A stretch of 64,000 bases of DNA from Camelus dromedarius (Eukaryota). Position 1 is the first letter of the stretch; the number at the start of each line of letters is the position of its first letter. A model generated the notes under the pieces. It ran no database searches. It was not told the origin of the DNA and saw only the letters and a list, made by a program, of their open reading frames with translations. This document shows, one piece after another, positions 27,234 through 40,150 of the stretch. The stretch is from NCBI RefSeq assembly GCF_036321535.1, contig NC_087437.1, forward strand, positions 4,898,001 to 4,962,000, given 5' to 3'. Position numbers and translations under genes: made by a program.

Positions 27234-27535
27234 CAGTCAGTCCTCTGTATCCACGGATCAAAAATACTTTGGGAAAAAATTTTCAGAAAGCTCCAAAAAG
27301 CAAAACTCGACTTTGTCCCAGGCCAGCAACTATTTACACAGTACTTGCATTGCATTAGATGTTGTAAGTCATCCAGAGATGGTTCAGAGCACACAGGAGG
27401 ATTGGCGGATGTGCGTGGGTTATACCAACGGCAAACACTACACCATTTTATACAAGGGAGTTGTTGAGCATCCATGGATTTTGGTTATTGGGGAGGTCCT
27501 GGAATCAATCCTCCATGGATACTGAGGAATGGCTT
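27234..27535 (-). mobile_element. MER2/MER2B-like Tigger MITE
   Basis: cagtcagtcctctgtatccacgg...ccatggatactgaggaatggct. It is a reverse-orientation relative of the 8904-9224 copy. Confidence 0.8.
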
Positions 27536-27720
27536 ATACTGAGTATAAGTACAGAAAATTCAAACAAGGTCCCTATCTCCAGAGTGACTGAATGCGACAC
27601 AAGTCAATTAACAGGAGCGTTACAAAGGAGAAGTGCCGAGTGCTATGGCATCTATCAGGCTGACATAATACTACCTGCAGGACCAGGAAAGGTGTCTGAG
27701 AACAAGAGATGCTTAAGTCT

Positions 27721-28235
27721 TGTATTAGTTTTGTGTCGCTGCATAACAGATCACTGTAAGCACAGCAGCTTAAGCAACAGTCATTTTCTAGCCCACAGCT
27801 CCGCAGGGCAGAAGTCCAGGTACAGCGCTGGCTGGGCTCTCTGCTCAGGGTCTGTCCTAAAGCTGAAACCAAGGCGTGTTCTAAACAGGAGGCCTGATGA
27901 AAGAAGAATTCACTTCTTGGCTCATTCAGGCAAAATCTGGTTCCTTGTGGTTGTGAGACTGAGGTTCCAATTTTCCTTCCTTCTGGTGAGCAAGAAGGAA
28001 TGCTCCTCTAGACAGCCTTTGGCATGTGGCCCCTCCATCTTCCAAAGTCAGCGACAGAGAACCTGCCTCACATCACATCCCTGACTCCCTCTGCTTATGA
28101 TTCTAAGTCCAGATTTAATGACTTCCTGTCATTAGGTCAGGTCAGGCCCACCCAGCGATTGCACTTTCCTACCGTCAACTGTGCCAGATGTCACAAACTA
28201 ACCACAGGAATGCTCTCTGATCACATCTACAGTAC
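27721..28235 (-). mobile_element. MaLR solo LTR (MLT1-like)
   Basis: tgtattagttttgtgtcgctgcataaca...gcttaagcaaca...ggttccttgtggttgtgagactgagg. Confidence 0.75.
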
Positions 28236-28573
28236 AGGAGATTAGACTAGCACGTATTTAAATAATGGCTTATACACCTAAGGCGACGAGAGAAAAGCCA
28301 AGAAATTTCCTGTAATACTAAGCCACTGGGCAGCAATGAGGGGTGACAAGCCAGCGGACACAACTCGGACAGAAAACTAAACTGGACATTAAGGAAACCA
28401 GGCTCTTCTGCTATCTCTGCTAAATGGAAGTGACCATAGCAAACAGGCTCCAGAGGTCTCAGTTTTGCTTCATCTGTAACAGATAATTTAACTACTAGAT
28501 CTCTAAAATCTCTTTCCAGGGCTAACTATTGCCCTGAGGCAAATTCTGTTTAGAAAGTTTTGAATCTAGTATT

Positions 28574-28788
28574 TAAAAAATTTTTTTTAACTTTTTATTA
28601 TTTTTTAATTGAAGTATAGTCAGTTACAACATGCCAATTTCTGGTGTACAGCATAATGCCCTAGTCTTGCATATATATACATATATTCGTTTTCATATTT
28701 TTTTCATTAAGTTATTTATGTAAGATATTGAATATAGTTCTCTGTGATATACAGAAGAAATCTGCTTTTTATCTATTGGTATATATAG
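28574..28788 (-). mobile_element. Short young L1 3' end
   Basis: Poly-T tail then ttgaagtatagtcagttacaacatgccaatttctggtgtacagcataatg. Perfect TSD gaatctagtatt at 28562-28573 and 28789-28800. Confidence 0.85.
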
Positions 28789-28956
28789 GAATCTAGTATT
28801 AATTCATCATTAACTGTAATCTAGACATTGCTCTATCTGTAGTAATATTAAAAAGACAAGTCCCCAGAACATCCTATTCTAAATACTGAATTTACTCTTG
28901 TCTACAAACTTAGCAGTAATCAAATACTCCAAGGCTAAGGCTTATTTCCTTTCCAC

Positions 28957-29001
28957 AAAAACAAAACAAAACAAAACAAAACAACAACAACAACAAAAAA
29001 A
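28957..29001 (+). repeat. (AAAAC)n/(AAC)n microsatellite
   Basis: Direct reading of the sequence. Confidence 0.85.
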
Positions 29002-29512
29002 CCCCCACCAAAATTACATATTAATACCAGGTCCAATAAAGGTAAGAGGAAGCAGAGGTGATGCCATCTGTGACTGGGTGATTTTAATTATCAACTGCAA
29101 TACAACTGTTTATAAAACTAATGTACAGAATTTCTTTTTCAAAAATACTGCTGGACTACAATTGAAAATTGCCATTTCACAAAATATTGTAAGGTAGAAG
29201 TGTGAGAACATTTGGTGGAACGTAAGTCAGCTGTTTAAATCGATAAAATGCTTCTCCATGGCTTTTACAGAGCTACTTGTATTTTTAATAGGCATGTTTC
29301 CCTGAGTTGAAGAGACAGAGCTGACAGCGTGGGGAGAACACAGGGGCTAGTATTCTCAGCAAAGTAACAGAGTAGGGAGGATGGTTCATGGCGAGAATCC
29401 CAGAGACCCTATGGACATCCTCTTGTGTACTCTGTCTACCAAGTACTGAGCAGCACGTGTGTGTAAGGATGCTACCTGAGACTCATGCAAAGAACTATCC
29501 AAAATAATTAAA

Positions 29513-29680
29513 GCAGTGTTTCTCAACCTTTTTTTCTCTCATCACTCTGACCCAAAATCCTTTTTAGATTTATTTTTCCTAAGTGCCCTCACGAAAGTTT
29601 AATACCACTGTATACCGAAATTATACACTTTGGCCCTTTGGAAGGCCACAAGCCACTGTAATATGTAAGATTTTCACAAA
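29513..29680 (+). mobile_element. hAT-Charlie DNA transposon fragment
   Basis: cagtgtttctcaacctttttt terminus and tggccctttggaaggccacaagccactgtaatat. Confidence 0.6.
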
Positions 29681-29919
29681 TACACACATACACACACAGA
29701 TTCCAACAACAGCCAAAAAAACCCAACTATTTTTGCAAGTTGGAGGTGACAGCAACACCAGGGAGAATGCATGCATTAGAGAGAACAGTGTCCGGTTCAC
29801 CACAGAAAACAGTGTGCTGTTCCCACCGGTGAGGCTAGAAAACTTATCACTAGCAGAGCCCTGGGTAGAGCACTCAGGAAAAACTTCCCTTAGGAGTGGA
29901 GAATAATTCGCCGAGTTTG

Positions 29920-31585
29920 AAATTAAATAAAATAACATTTAGAGTAGGAACAAAATTTATAAAATATGGATAAATCCAGCAAAAGATATAAAAGTGAAAT
30001 TACAAAATTTGCTGCAATTAAAAATGACCTAAATAAATGAAGAGATATAACTTGTTCATGGGTCGGAAGACTCAATACTGCTAAAGCGTTAATTTTTGCC
30101 AAGTTGATCTATAGATCAACAACCCCAATTTCTTTCTTCCCCTAGAAACTGACAAGCTGATTTTAAAATTCACATCGAAATGCAAAGGACCCAGAATAGC
30201 CAAAATAATTTCAAAGAAAAAAGCTACTGATTTCAAGATTTATTATAAAACTACAGTATCACAACAGTGCGGTACTGGCATTAAGCTAGACAAATACACC
30301 AATGGAAGATAACGGAGTCCATAAACAGATCCACACATGTATGGACAAGTAATGTTTGACAAAAATGCAAAGGTAATTCACAGTAACGAAAGCATAGTCT
30401 TCTCAACAAACATTTTAACAACTGGATATATCCATATATAAAAAAGTTAACTCTGACATATATCTTGTACCACATGCAATTATTAACTTACAATAGAATG
30501 TAGATCTAAATATGAAATTTAAAACTATAAACTTCTAGAAGAGATGAGAAAATCTATGTGACACTGAGATAGGTATTTTTTTAGACACACCACCAAAACC
30601 AAAATCCTAAAAGAATAAACTGATAAACTGGACATCATCAAATTTTTAAACTTCTGCTCTCCAAAAACACTCTTAAGAGAACGAAAACACAGCCACAGAT
30701 TGAGGACTTGTGTCCAGAACATACAGAGTTCTCTAAACTCAAGAGTAAGAAAATCCAAAAATAAAAATAAAAATAAAACACAAAAAACCCACACCCAAAA
30801 CCTGGCAAAAACATTTGAGAAGACATTTCACAAGGATATAAAGGTTGCCAAGAAGCAATGAAAAGATGCTCCACGTCATCAGTTATCTCAGAAATGCAAA
30901 TTAAAACCTTAGTGAGATACTCATCTATTAAAATGTTTCAGATTAGAAAAGACTGAGCATACCAAATATTGGTAGAAAGGGGGAAAAGACTGGAATGCTC
31001 ATATCCATGGCGGGAACGTGTAACAGCACAACCGGTTAGGAAACAGCCGGCAGTTTAACAAGTTAAACACATACCTACCATATGGCCCAACCACTGCACC
31101 TCTAGATACTTCCCCAGGAGGAAGGAAGCATATGTTCATACAGAGACTTGGAGACATACCTTCATAGTAGCTTTACTTGTAATAGATAAAAAAGTAAATC
31201 AAACTATCAACAGGTGAGTGGATAAACAAATTGGGTCTAGTGACACAATGGAATATTGCTCGGCAACAGAAGGTAATGAACTATTAACACATGCCACAAC
31301 GTGGATGAACTGCAAAGTGAGTGTGCTGGGTGACAAGAGCTAGACAAAGGAGGACATGTTGTATAGCTCCATTTATATAAAGCACTGGAAACCTCAAATT
31401 AACCTACAGTGACTCAAAGCAGATCAGAGGCCAGGGGCAAATGGAATCTTTTGGGAATGATGGGAATGTTAACTATCTTGATTGGTGATGGTTTCATAGG
31501 TGTACACGTGTTAAAACTGACGCAACTGCACACTTTAAATGTGCAATGTACTGTATGTCAATTACACATCAGTAAAACTTAAGTT
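29920..31585 (+). mobile_element. Old L1 (L1M) ORF2 3' part and 3' UTR
   Basis: Motifs such as tgttcatgggtcggaagactcaatactgctaaa, gaaatgcaaattaaaacc and acaatggaatattgctcggcaa. Confidence 0.85.
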
Positions 31586-34259
31586 AACACAGACTGAGGT
31601 GCTAGCTGAGACCTATCAGTACTTTCAGCTCAGTCTGAAATTTAGGACACAGTCACCCAGCACAGCAAAGTGTCATGTTATCATTATTATTTACCTACTA
31701 CCAATTTACATATACATGTCCACTAAAATTGTTTAAATAAAGAACTTAGGGGACATGCAGTCTATCTGGGAGTTGGTAATATATTTTAAATAGTTCATAA
31801 TAAATATAAGCATTCTAAAATTTTTGCTTGCCCACTGAAGTAGAATTTTTGTTTACTTGGTGAAAATACCTCACTTATTACCAATTAGTAAGACTAAAAA
31901 TGACCCAAATGCCCTCCAAGAGGGGAGCCGGTTAAATAAATTGTTATAAACACATTAATGTAAAACTGTGTGACAACACGGAAGAATAAGGAAGCTCTCT
32001 AAAGGCTGGTATGGACTGATTCCATACTGGTATGGACAAATTCATTGGGGATGAAGAGAGGAAAATGCAGAAACATACATGCTAAATAAAAACCAGCGAA
32101 TAAACACAAAAATAAGTCACCACCAGTTTCTAGCTGTAAAAGCAGCTGGTTTCACCTCCTTTGTTTCAGGACCACCATCACAGCCATTTGGTCACAATGA
32201 CATGGAACAGACGCTCATTTACAGATCTTGGGGGAAACCCGAACAGCAGTGAAGAGCATTTAAAACTCTGAGGCTGAACACCAGAAGCACCAGCAGGAAC
32301 GGAGGCGAGGGGCAGTGGTCGTTCGCCCCACGCCCCACATCCCACGCCCCACTGGAGCTGCTGGGAGCCGGTGGGTGCATGCGAGAGGGGGCTGGAGGTT
32401 TGTGGGCTCCACTACCATTACCGGGGGCAGCTACAGAAGACCACACACACGGTTCTGGGACAGACGGTGCACATGACCTCAAGGAACTGAGTGAAGGGTT
32501 TTAAAACCTCTTCAGGAACATCTACAGCTTGGTGAACAGGCAGCCAGCAGAGCGACATGTGGCCACATGAAAGGCCTGTTAAAGATTAGAGCACTTCTTG
32601 CTCATTTCCAGAAAAGACTGGAGAGCACTGTGAAGAGGGAGGTGGGTGGGATTCAGGCAGCCTGTGTAAACTTACTGGTCACTACTTTGTGTTAACTGCC
32701 AACCACCTTACTACCATGAGAATGGACACTGGTGATCCGCTGTGGGAGGCACCTACATGTGTGCATGTATCTGCCGAACACTTCATCTGACAGAGTAAAA
32801 CCAGTATCATTTCAATGACCCCAGAAAGTATTTTTGAAAGCATAAAAGATGTTAAGAATTTTTAAGATTATTTTGGCAAAGTCAATCCCAAAATATTTTG
32901 AATGAAAAAGCACATCTCAGTTCAGATATAATTTACCAATAAGTAACATATGCAAGGGAGCATTTTCAAAATTGTCCAGTTTACATAACAGGCAAGATCT
33001 ATGGACTAGCTCTTAAATCAACTCTTGAGTTTAAAAAGGGTCACAGTCACAGAAGTCATAATCTACAACTTCCTCTGTTTTAAACACTAAAAACAGCATT
33101 GGCTGGATTATAAACTTTCCCTAGCTGGATACTACTGTGAATGACATTTTTATCCAGCCAGAAAACATAGCACTAAGGGAGGCTTGTTCATTCACTCATT
33201 TGCAATGTTAAAATTGTATAGCACTTTATTATGAAAATTAAGATCACGCTTGTATTACAGTTTAAAAAGAGTCCACAGAATGTGGATGTAACTTTTAGGA
33301 GTGAAAAATCCATTATTTTTTTAACCATTATTACTTTATGGCACTATTTGGCAAAAGAAAAATATTTCTCTCCAATCTTCTTTTTTATTTCCCCAGTTTC
33401 TGTCAGGTCTACATAGGTTCAAATTTCTGTTCTGCCATATACTGAGTTTTCATTTTGTCACTTATTGGTAGAATGGAATGTTAATGCACCAACTTTACAA
33501 GATTGTTGTGTGAATTAAATTAAGTGACATAAAAAGGTTTATGAATACCACTGTCTTTGAAATAAAAGGCTACAACTAACAGCAATTTCTGTCACTCTGG
33601 ATTGAGAAAAACAATTTTTACTTGTAGAAAATTTTCTTATAAAGTTAGACCTTTACTCTGAAATGTGTTACTAATATGACAAATTAAATTATTTGGGTTC
33701 CACAACACAGCATTAAGTTCTGGTAAATTCTAGGGAAAGGCATTCAATTATTATTATTATTCTGGCCACATAAATTTGGAAATACAAATGAAACCTTCTG
33801 GGCAAAAGCCCAGAAGGAGATCATTCAAGTTCACTTGGAATTTTTAGACCATCCCAAATTTGGGGTGAGAATACCCTGAAGGCCATTAATGAAACCCCGC
33901 ATATTCTGCAACAAAAGAAAAGTGAGCCCTAACAAGTTCAATGGATGTGTTCATGTAGTGTAGCCAATAAGGGTGAGAAGATACAAGTACTCTGGTCTTT
34001 TGACTCACACTCCTGCTGCTTTTCACACTACGTATGCCAATCTGCCTTTCAAATTTTTTTGACTGTTTCACCTTTTTGGTACGGTGCTTCTTCCACATCC
34101 AAGTGACTGTTATTTTTCGAAAAGTTTGCTATTTCAACTGTTTTTAGGCAGTCAAAAAAGTCTTCTTTTATTAGGTTACCTATCCAAACAACGATTTCCC
34201 CTTTATTCCTTCCTGAAAATGCTAATTTTCTCCAGATATGGAATGCAACATAATCACTG

Positions 34260-34690
34260 GTGATGACCTCTGTTCTCTGGCCCAGGGGATGAAATCAGGA
34301 GATGACCAATGACTGATCTAAGCAAAAGCCAAGCCCACTTTACCTCTGCTGCCTCTGCTGGTGGATGGGTTTAGAGTGGGCCTGGAATCAAGGAAACTTC
34401 AGGGGGAGTTTTATGGGGATTCTGGAAGAGATGTTTCTGCTTGATTCAAAAAAAAAAAAAAAAAAAGGAAAGGCATAGGAAGAGCTCCCTTGTCCATCTC
34501 TCCGATTGTTTGTCTTGAGCGCATGAGGCAGCCGTCACCTCTGCCGTGAAGAGAAAGACAAGAGTTGCGCAGAGAAGCTCCCCAGAGGTCTGACAATACT
34601 GTCTTAACCAGCCCCCAAATCACCTCGTTCTGGGTTAAATCTGGGTTTAGTCAGCTAGTCAATTACTTGTGGCCCAAAGCCTCCAAACAG
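34260..34690 (+). mobile_element. Old MaLR-type LTR remnant
   Basis: ggggattctggaagagatgtttc and the terminal ttacttgtggcccaaagcctcc resemble old MLT1 LTRs. Confidence 0.5.
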
Positions 34691-36719
34691 AAAGCACCAG
34701 TATTTTCTACTGAAATCATCTCATCTAGCGTCTCTAACAGAGGACTTCCACTCCAGACCAGATAATATGAATGCATAATATTTTAAACTAGTTCTTAAAA
34801 ATGAATTAGGTGTGTTACTAAGAAAGGTGCTATCTAGTGGTCGACAGTATTCAAAACTTCAGGATATGACTGAAGAAGCTAACCTAAAATAATAACAATG
34901 TTTATTTAACAGTATAGAAACAATTTGAACCCTTATACTCATTCTAAAAATTTATAAAAATAACTTCAAAAAAAAAACACACAGAAGTTTTAAAAAGTCA
35001 GATGTTATGCTCAAATATTCATTTAAATAAAAAATTTCTTTTTAGAAAAATACCACTGTCACATGGACATAAAGCTTAAAAATATTTTATTACCTACCAA
35101 GAGTGAGTGGATTTTATACTACAAAACAGTGTAAATTTTATTACACACATTTGCACACACACATACACACCTGCCTCTTACAACCCTATGCGATTCCTTA
35201 TCACAGATGACAAAAATAGGGGAAAAAAAAAAACTGGCCATCCTAATTCAGGGTGGCAAAGACTTAACAAATCTTACAATTACGTCAATATTCTCCACTA
35301 CCAAGAGTCACAAGAGAAAAGGCCTACAACAATCATTAAAATAAATTTGTCAAAAACCCACAAATCACTGAAAACAAAGTCATCCTCAGGAAGGGTCTAC
35401 TGATTTGAAGTACTAACTAAGCTTTTAGTTCTGCCCTAAGTTTCAGAGCAAGAGAACAACCTAGGAAATGTTAAGAAATGATTTTTTTTTAAGTAAGGAA
35501 AGAAAGTATTTCTATAAGTAGCAAAGTAGAGGCTAAAAGTCATAAAAGTTAGGAGGTCAGACACTAGTTACACTAGTTACTAGTTATACATAGGAGCTCC
35601 CAAGGACATCACAACAGAATAAACTGATGCTCAAAACTGATTCTGAATAAATGTTTTAAAATTTAAGACAATTTGATTAATATAGCAGAAAAGCAGTTGG
35701 TTATAATGAGACTTTGTAATGATGGAGAAATTAACCATGTTAAGTAGGATTACAGTCCAAATTTCCTCACTAAGATAAGACTTGTTAGTTCTAAATATAT
35801 TTAAAACAATTAAATACTAGAGTTAAACAGAATAGAAAGCCTTCTCTTTTTCCTTAGTCTATACTCCTATAATTATCTTCTGTTTTAAGAAAAGTAGACT
35901 CTCCAGAACTGCAATTAGGTAAAGTGACCAGCACTCCATTTAAAGTAAATCCTGGATTAGGTGCATGTTTCCAATAAATATGAACTTAAATGGAATTCTC
36001 TTAGGAAGGCTTAAGAAAAAAAAAGTACCAGTAGTATTTGATTACTCTCCAATGTTAGAATGCACTGTTTTAGCTAAAGATTCAAATCTATTTGGATCGT
36101 TCAGTCTTTAAAAAGAAGGTAAGTACTTCTACCTCTACTGAACGTCAAGTGCTCAGAGCGGTGCTGTCTGGAAGGATGGAGCAAAGATACGAGCTGGAGA
36201 TGAGCTTGTGGGTATGGCTTTCTTAGAACCCGGCGATCAATTCCAGGTCATCTGTTTTGCTGTTGCTATGGGGACTTTATGAATCATGACCTCTCTCCAC
36301 CCACCATCATTCAGAGGACCGAACTATGTATGGAAAAGGTACTGAAAATATTTACTTTCAGTAAAAATACATACATTAAGAAGTTAGATCTTATTATAAT
36401 TAATTATGTATTTTCAGCCTTATTTTAGTAAATTAAAGTTTGGCCACTGGAGACACACACACAGAAGGAAATTATCCATTATACCCACTCGTCCTAAATA
36501 TGTCCCTCATGCCAGCCCTGAATGTTAAATCCACTGTATCTTTAGAAGTTTGGAGGATTTTCAAACAACATGTCTTTGTTCACTGCCAGACCCAAAAAGA
36601 TGAGCCTTCATGTATCGTCTTTACCATGACAATTTACAGAAAGCTACTTTGATCTCACAATCAAGTTAGATATATAACAGACAGGTAGGTCTCTCCTTTC
36701 AAGTACACAAAAAAGAACA

Positions 36720-36965
36720 CTCATCTGAAATGCACACAAGTATCCAACAGTGAAGTGTCATGATGTCTGAAACTTACTTTCAAATGGGATTCAGCAAAAG
36801 AGAGAAAAAAATGTATGTGTAGCATAAATGCAATCCATGTAAATATGAGAGAGAAAGCAAATGTGGCAAACGTCATCAATCCTGGACCTAAGTGGAGGGT
36901 AAACGAGTATTCAGAGTATCTTTTTTTAACTTTTCTGTGAAAAATTTCAAAGAAAAGGCTGGGGG
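36720..36965 (+). mobile_element. Old L1 (L1MC4-like) 3' end fragment
   Basis: gtgtcatgatgtctgaaacttactttcaaatggg...aaagcaaatgtggcaaa...aacttttctgtgaaaaatttcaaa. Confidence 0.6.
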
Positions 36966-37178
36966 AACAAAAAACCCTCACTGGCTCCTAGTTTTCTTGT
37001 GCTTTTAGTCACTACCCTGAATATATATGTCCAGTCCCTTCCTTTTTGCCTTAAGACCCTTTTACCCTCGTTTAAAACAACTGCTACAGAATTGTGTTAT
37101 GTCCTTGAACAAAAATCATAACTCCAGGAGAGTTTTTAAAAGTAGGTTTCAAGGCTGGTATCAGTGAAATTGTTTTAC

Positions 37179-37262
37179 CTGAAAGTTAACATCTTCTTTC
37201 TTAAATATTAGTGCTCGGACTTCATCAGGATCTCCATTAAATATAGCTTGCACCAGTGATGG
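37179..37262 (-). CDS. ANKRD28: ANKRD28 coding exon (PSLVQAIFNGDPDEVRALIFKKEDVNFQ), first ankyrin repeat
   Basis: Acceptor tactctcttgtattttag|CCA, 84 nt, donor CAG|gtaaaa. The translation matches the ANKRD28 N-terminal ankyrin region as I recall it. Confidence 0.97.
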
Positions 37263-38406
37263 CTAAAATACAAGAGAGTAATAAAAACATTAATCACACC
37301 ACATGGATGATTCTAAAGATAACTTTTAAATCTAAAGATTTTCTTCACTATCATAACAATTCATCACTTGGCTTCTGACATGAACCAAGTTTCATGAAGT
37401 CAAATCATATGAATGTACAGGATTCCTCCTTGGGGAAAAAAAAGAAGTCCTAATAATTAAAAAAAATTCAGCATGATCATCAATTCAGTATGACCAAAAT
37501 TAGATAGTATAATAAACATGTCAGATTCGATTTCATATGAGAGGAGTGGGTTTATATATATGGTAAAAAGGAAGTCTCTTCCAAATACAAGTGTGACATC
37601 TCGACATCTACTTGTGGGATACAACTTGTCAAACAAGCAGTTCCCGCCCACGTGGAGGCCCACAAAGGAAGGTCTCCTTGCGAAGTTCTGCTTGGGGGCC
37701 CAGAGTACCTTGCATGGGTTAGCATTACATGTATAGAGACAAAAAATCCCAGGAAAGACAATCTGGCAGTTGATGAGAAATCACTACTATTCAAAGACCA
37801 AAAATGATTATATACCTGAATACCATGAAGAGGCAGACACGTGGATCTCTAAATGTAACAACTTCTTAACCAATGACACAGCCTCTCTGATAAGGTATCA
37901 TGTCATGCTAGTCAAACAAGAAGTCAATTGACAACAGCATTAAAAATAAGGTTAAAGATGAGGTCTGAGTCTTTTTCATTAACAGCCTTGCATGTAAATA
38001 CATAAAATTCATTACGGAAAAGGCTGTGCCTCCGGTGTGGCTGGCAGTAGTCAACCTTTCCTAAAACATACAGTTCCTCATTCTTGTTACATCAGTTTTT
38101 AAAACCACAAAATAAAAACAGAAATGTGGTTGCTATAACTACTATTCTCAAATTATTTTTTTAAAAAGTCTGTTTAAGAGATTGAGGTAAAATCTGAAGT
38201 GTTATTTAAATATCTGAAAAAGTGAAAATCAGAAATGTGTGAGTTTTATACCCAAGTAACATTGTATCATGTTCACACATCTATATTGCTTTAATTTGGG
38301 TTTTTAATGAAATGTGTGGAAATTAACTTATGCTTATTCTTAAAAAGTAAAATTTATGCTACAAGCCCAGTAGAATACAGTAAACATATAAACGCTCATA
38401 TCTTAC

Positions 38407-38523
38407 CAATACATTTCCCAGAGGTGGAGAAGGCAGGGATTTACTTTCCCGTGGCAACTCAGAAACGAATGCAGGAGACTCATCTTCTACCTCCTCCAAA
38501 ACTACAATGCACACTCGACTCAT
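38407..38523 (-). CDS. ANKRD28: ANKRD28 internal alternative first coding exon (39 codons, MSRVCIVVLEEVEDESPAFVSELPRESKSLPSPPLGNVL)
   Basis: ATG at 38523-38521 and 117 nt to the donor TTG|gtaaga (phase 0), which matches the phase-0 start of the next exon. The peptide closely resembles the alternative N-terminus I recall for human ANKRD28 (MSRVCIVVLEEVEDESPAFISKLPQENKSLHSPPSGNVL). Confidence 0.92.
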
Positions 38524-40150
38524 TCGCTCCTTTAAACCCTGAGTTCTAAGCTGTGTGATAAAAGTCACAGTTCGAAGAGCACAAGTAGTTTTTCCTCCTC
38601 TTCTGTACGACACTTAGAATCATTCTCTGAATAGCGTGGCTGGTTTTTTAAAGTTAATAACCACTATCGGAAAAACTGAAGTTTAAAATGATAACGACGT
38701 AACTTATAACTTCCCCCAAACAACAAAATTCTATTATTTTCTGTTGGGTTCCTGTAACACTTGAAAGAAATTTCACATCAACACGACAGTAGCTAAAACT
38801 GAGTCCAGCACAAGCTCATTCAAAAATACTTTTCCCCTACCAAAATAGTTATATTGCTCTGTTTCACAGAAATTTACTTGCATAAAAAAATCATTGTTTT
38901 GGGTGACAACACCACTCGCTGCAGGATGAGAAACAACCGCTGACAGAGATGACTACAGCTAGACCCACTCTCGCCTGCAAGGTCATATAGTTACCAGCAG
39001 CTGGCTTGCTTATGACTGAAAATAAAAAATAAAATCTCACTGTTCTGTTTCCACTTCTAGTTTGTCTTCATTTCTTCAGCTTCACTGGCTTAATGCAGAT
39101 ACTATCCAGAAAAAAAGAAATACATCTAGAGCTCAACACAAATTCTTAAAATGTTGCTCAGAGGGTGACAATTCTTTCTGTGTTTCAGAAAGAAAAAAAC
39201 CCAGCACTCTGCATTAACAGCAACGCTGCAGTGCATTTACATGCGATGAGTCAGACCCCAGGAGACAATGGGACTCTTGGTACTAGATACAGCTTTATGA
39301 ATCCAGATACCCCATCTACGAGAAGAAACAGTCAGCTTTATCCCCCTCAACAGACCAGGAGAGGCAGCGCATTCAGTCCTCCCCCATCAGGCGGCTGTCT
39401 GGCGGCCCCAGCAGAAGGGCACGGGCTCCAGCAGAACGTGGAGCGGAGAATCCTAATGGAGCAGGCAGGCTGTGAAGGAATTAGAAGGCATCTGAGCTCA
39501 GATTACTGCTCCAGAAGGCTTTTCGTGTTAAAAAAAAAAGAGAGAGAGAGAGAGAGATGGGGGGAAAAGCTCCCGTAGTTTATCATTCCAGTGTTTTCTT
39601 TGATCTCCACATGAATACAGCTTCCATGAAACAGTCTTCATTCAGAGGAAGAAACAGCAGACTGTGCATCTTCTCTGAGCCAGCTACTTTATTCAGTCGT
39701 CTGCCTCTGTGCCAATGTAGTTTCCTTCCACCGTGAAAACCGCTACAGCTATCCTCAGCAGCCCTTTTCAGACGCCCTCCTGTTCCTCAGATGATCTTGC
39801 AAAACGTCACGGACACCTCCAAACGAGTAGGTCCTTAGAAAATACAAAACCTCAGAATCGGCCCCACAGGAGCACTCCAACTGAGCAACAGTCTGAAGAG
39901 CAAAGACTGCAGAACCGCAGGACGAAACGCCTAGTAATGCTCACATGTAACACTTCGCAGAGAGCTGAGCTACTGCTCGGGATGTGACTTCCTCTAGCAG
40001 CAGAAAAAATAGTGCATTTGGACAGCCTTCACAATTAGAAGGTTCATGCCAGTTCTATGACTAATCCAGATCAAACTAAAAAATTCTATAACTGAAAAAT
40101 GAGTGCGCTTTTAACATTTTCCACTAAAAGCCACAAGGAAATCTGGTGTA
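38524..40150 (-). promoter_or_regulatory. ANKRD28: Probable long 5' UTR and internal promoter region of the MSRVC-type ANKRD28 isoform
   Basis: About 1.6 kb with no recognisable interspersed repeats immediately 5' of the ATG, modest CpG retention and an (AG)n tract at about 39539-39557. The TSS position cannot be fixed from sequence alone. Confidence 0.45.

Noticed and set aside
8904..27535. Oppositely oriented MER2-like copies flanking the 79-nt exon as circRNA drivers
   Set aside because: The copies are visibly diverged and 18 kb apart, so stable pairing is unlikely.
27461..28084. Longest ORF in the track (207 aa)
   Set aside because: Non-ATG start, and it runs across a MER2-like MITE and a MaLR LTR. 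It is a chance frame antisense to ANKRD28.
33886..34260. Protein-looking minus-strand frames in non-repeat DNA
   Set aside because: No recognisable homology and no convincing splice-site pair or start codon.
39165..39987. Plus-strand ORFs of 137 and 84 aa
   Set aside because: Non-ATG starts, no recognisable domain, antisense to the probable 5' UTR, and partly microsatellite-derived.
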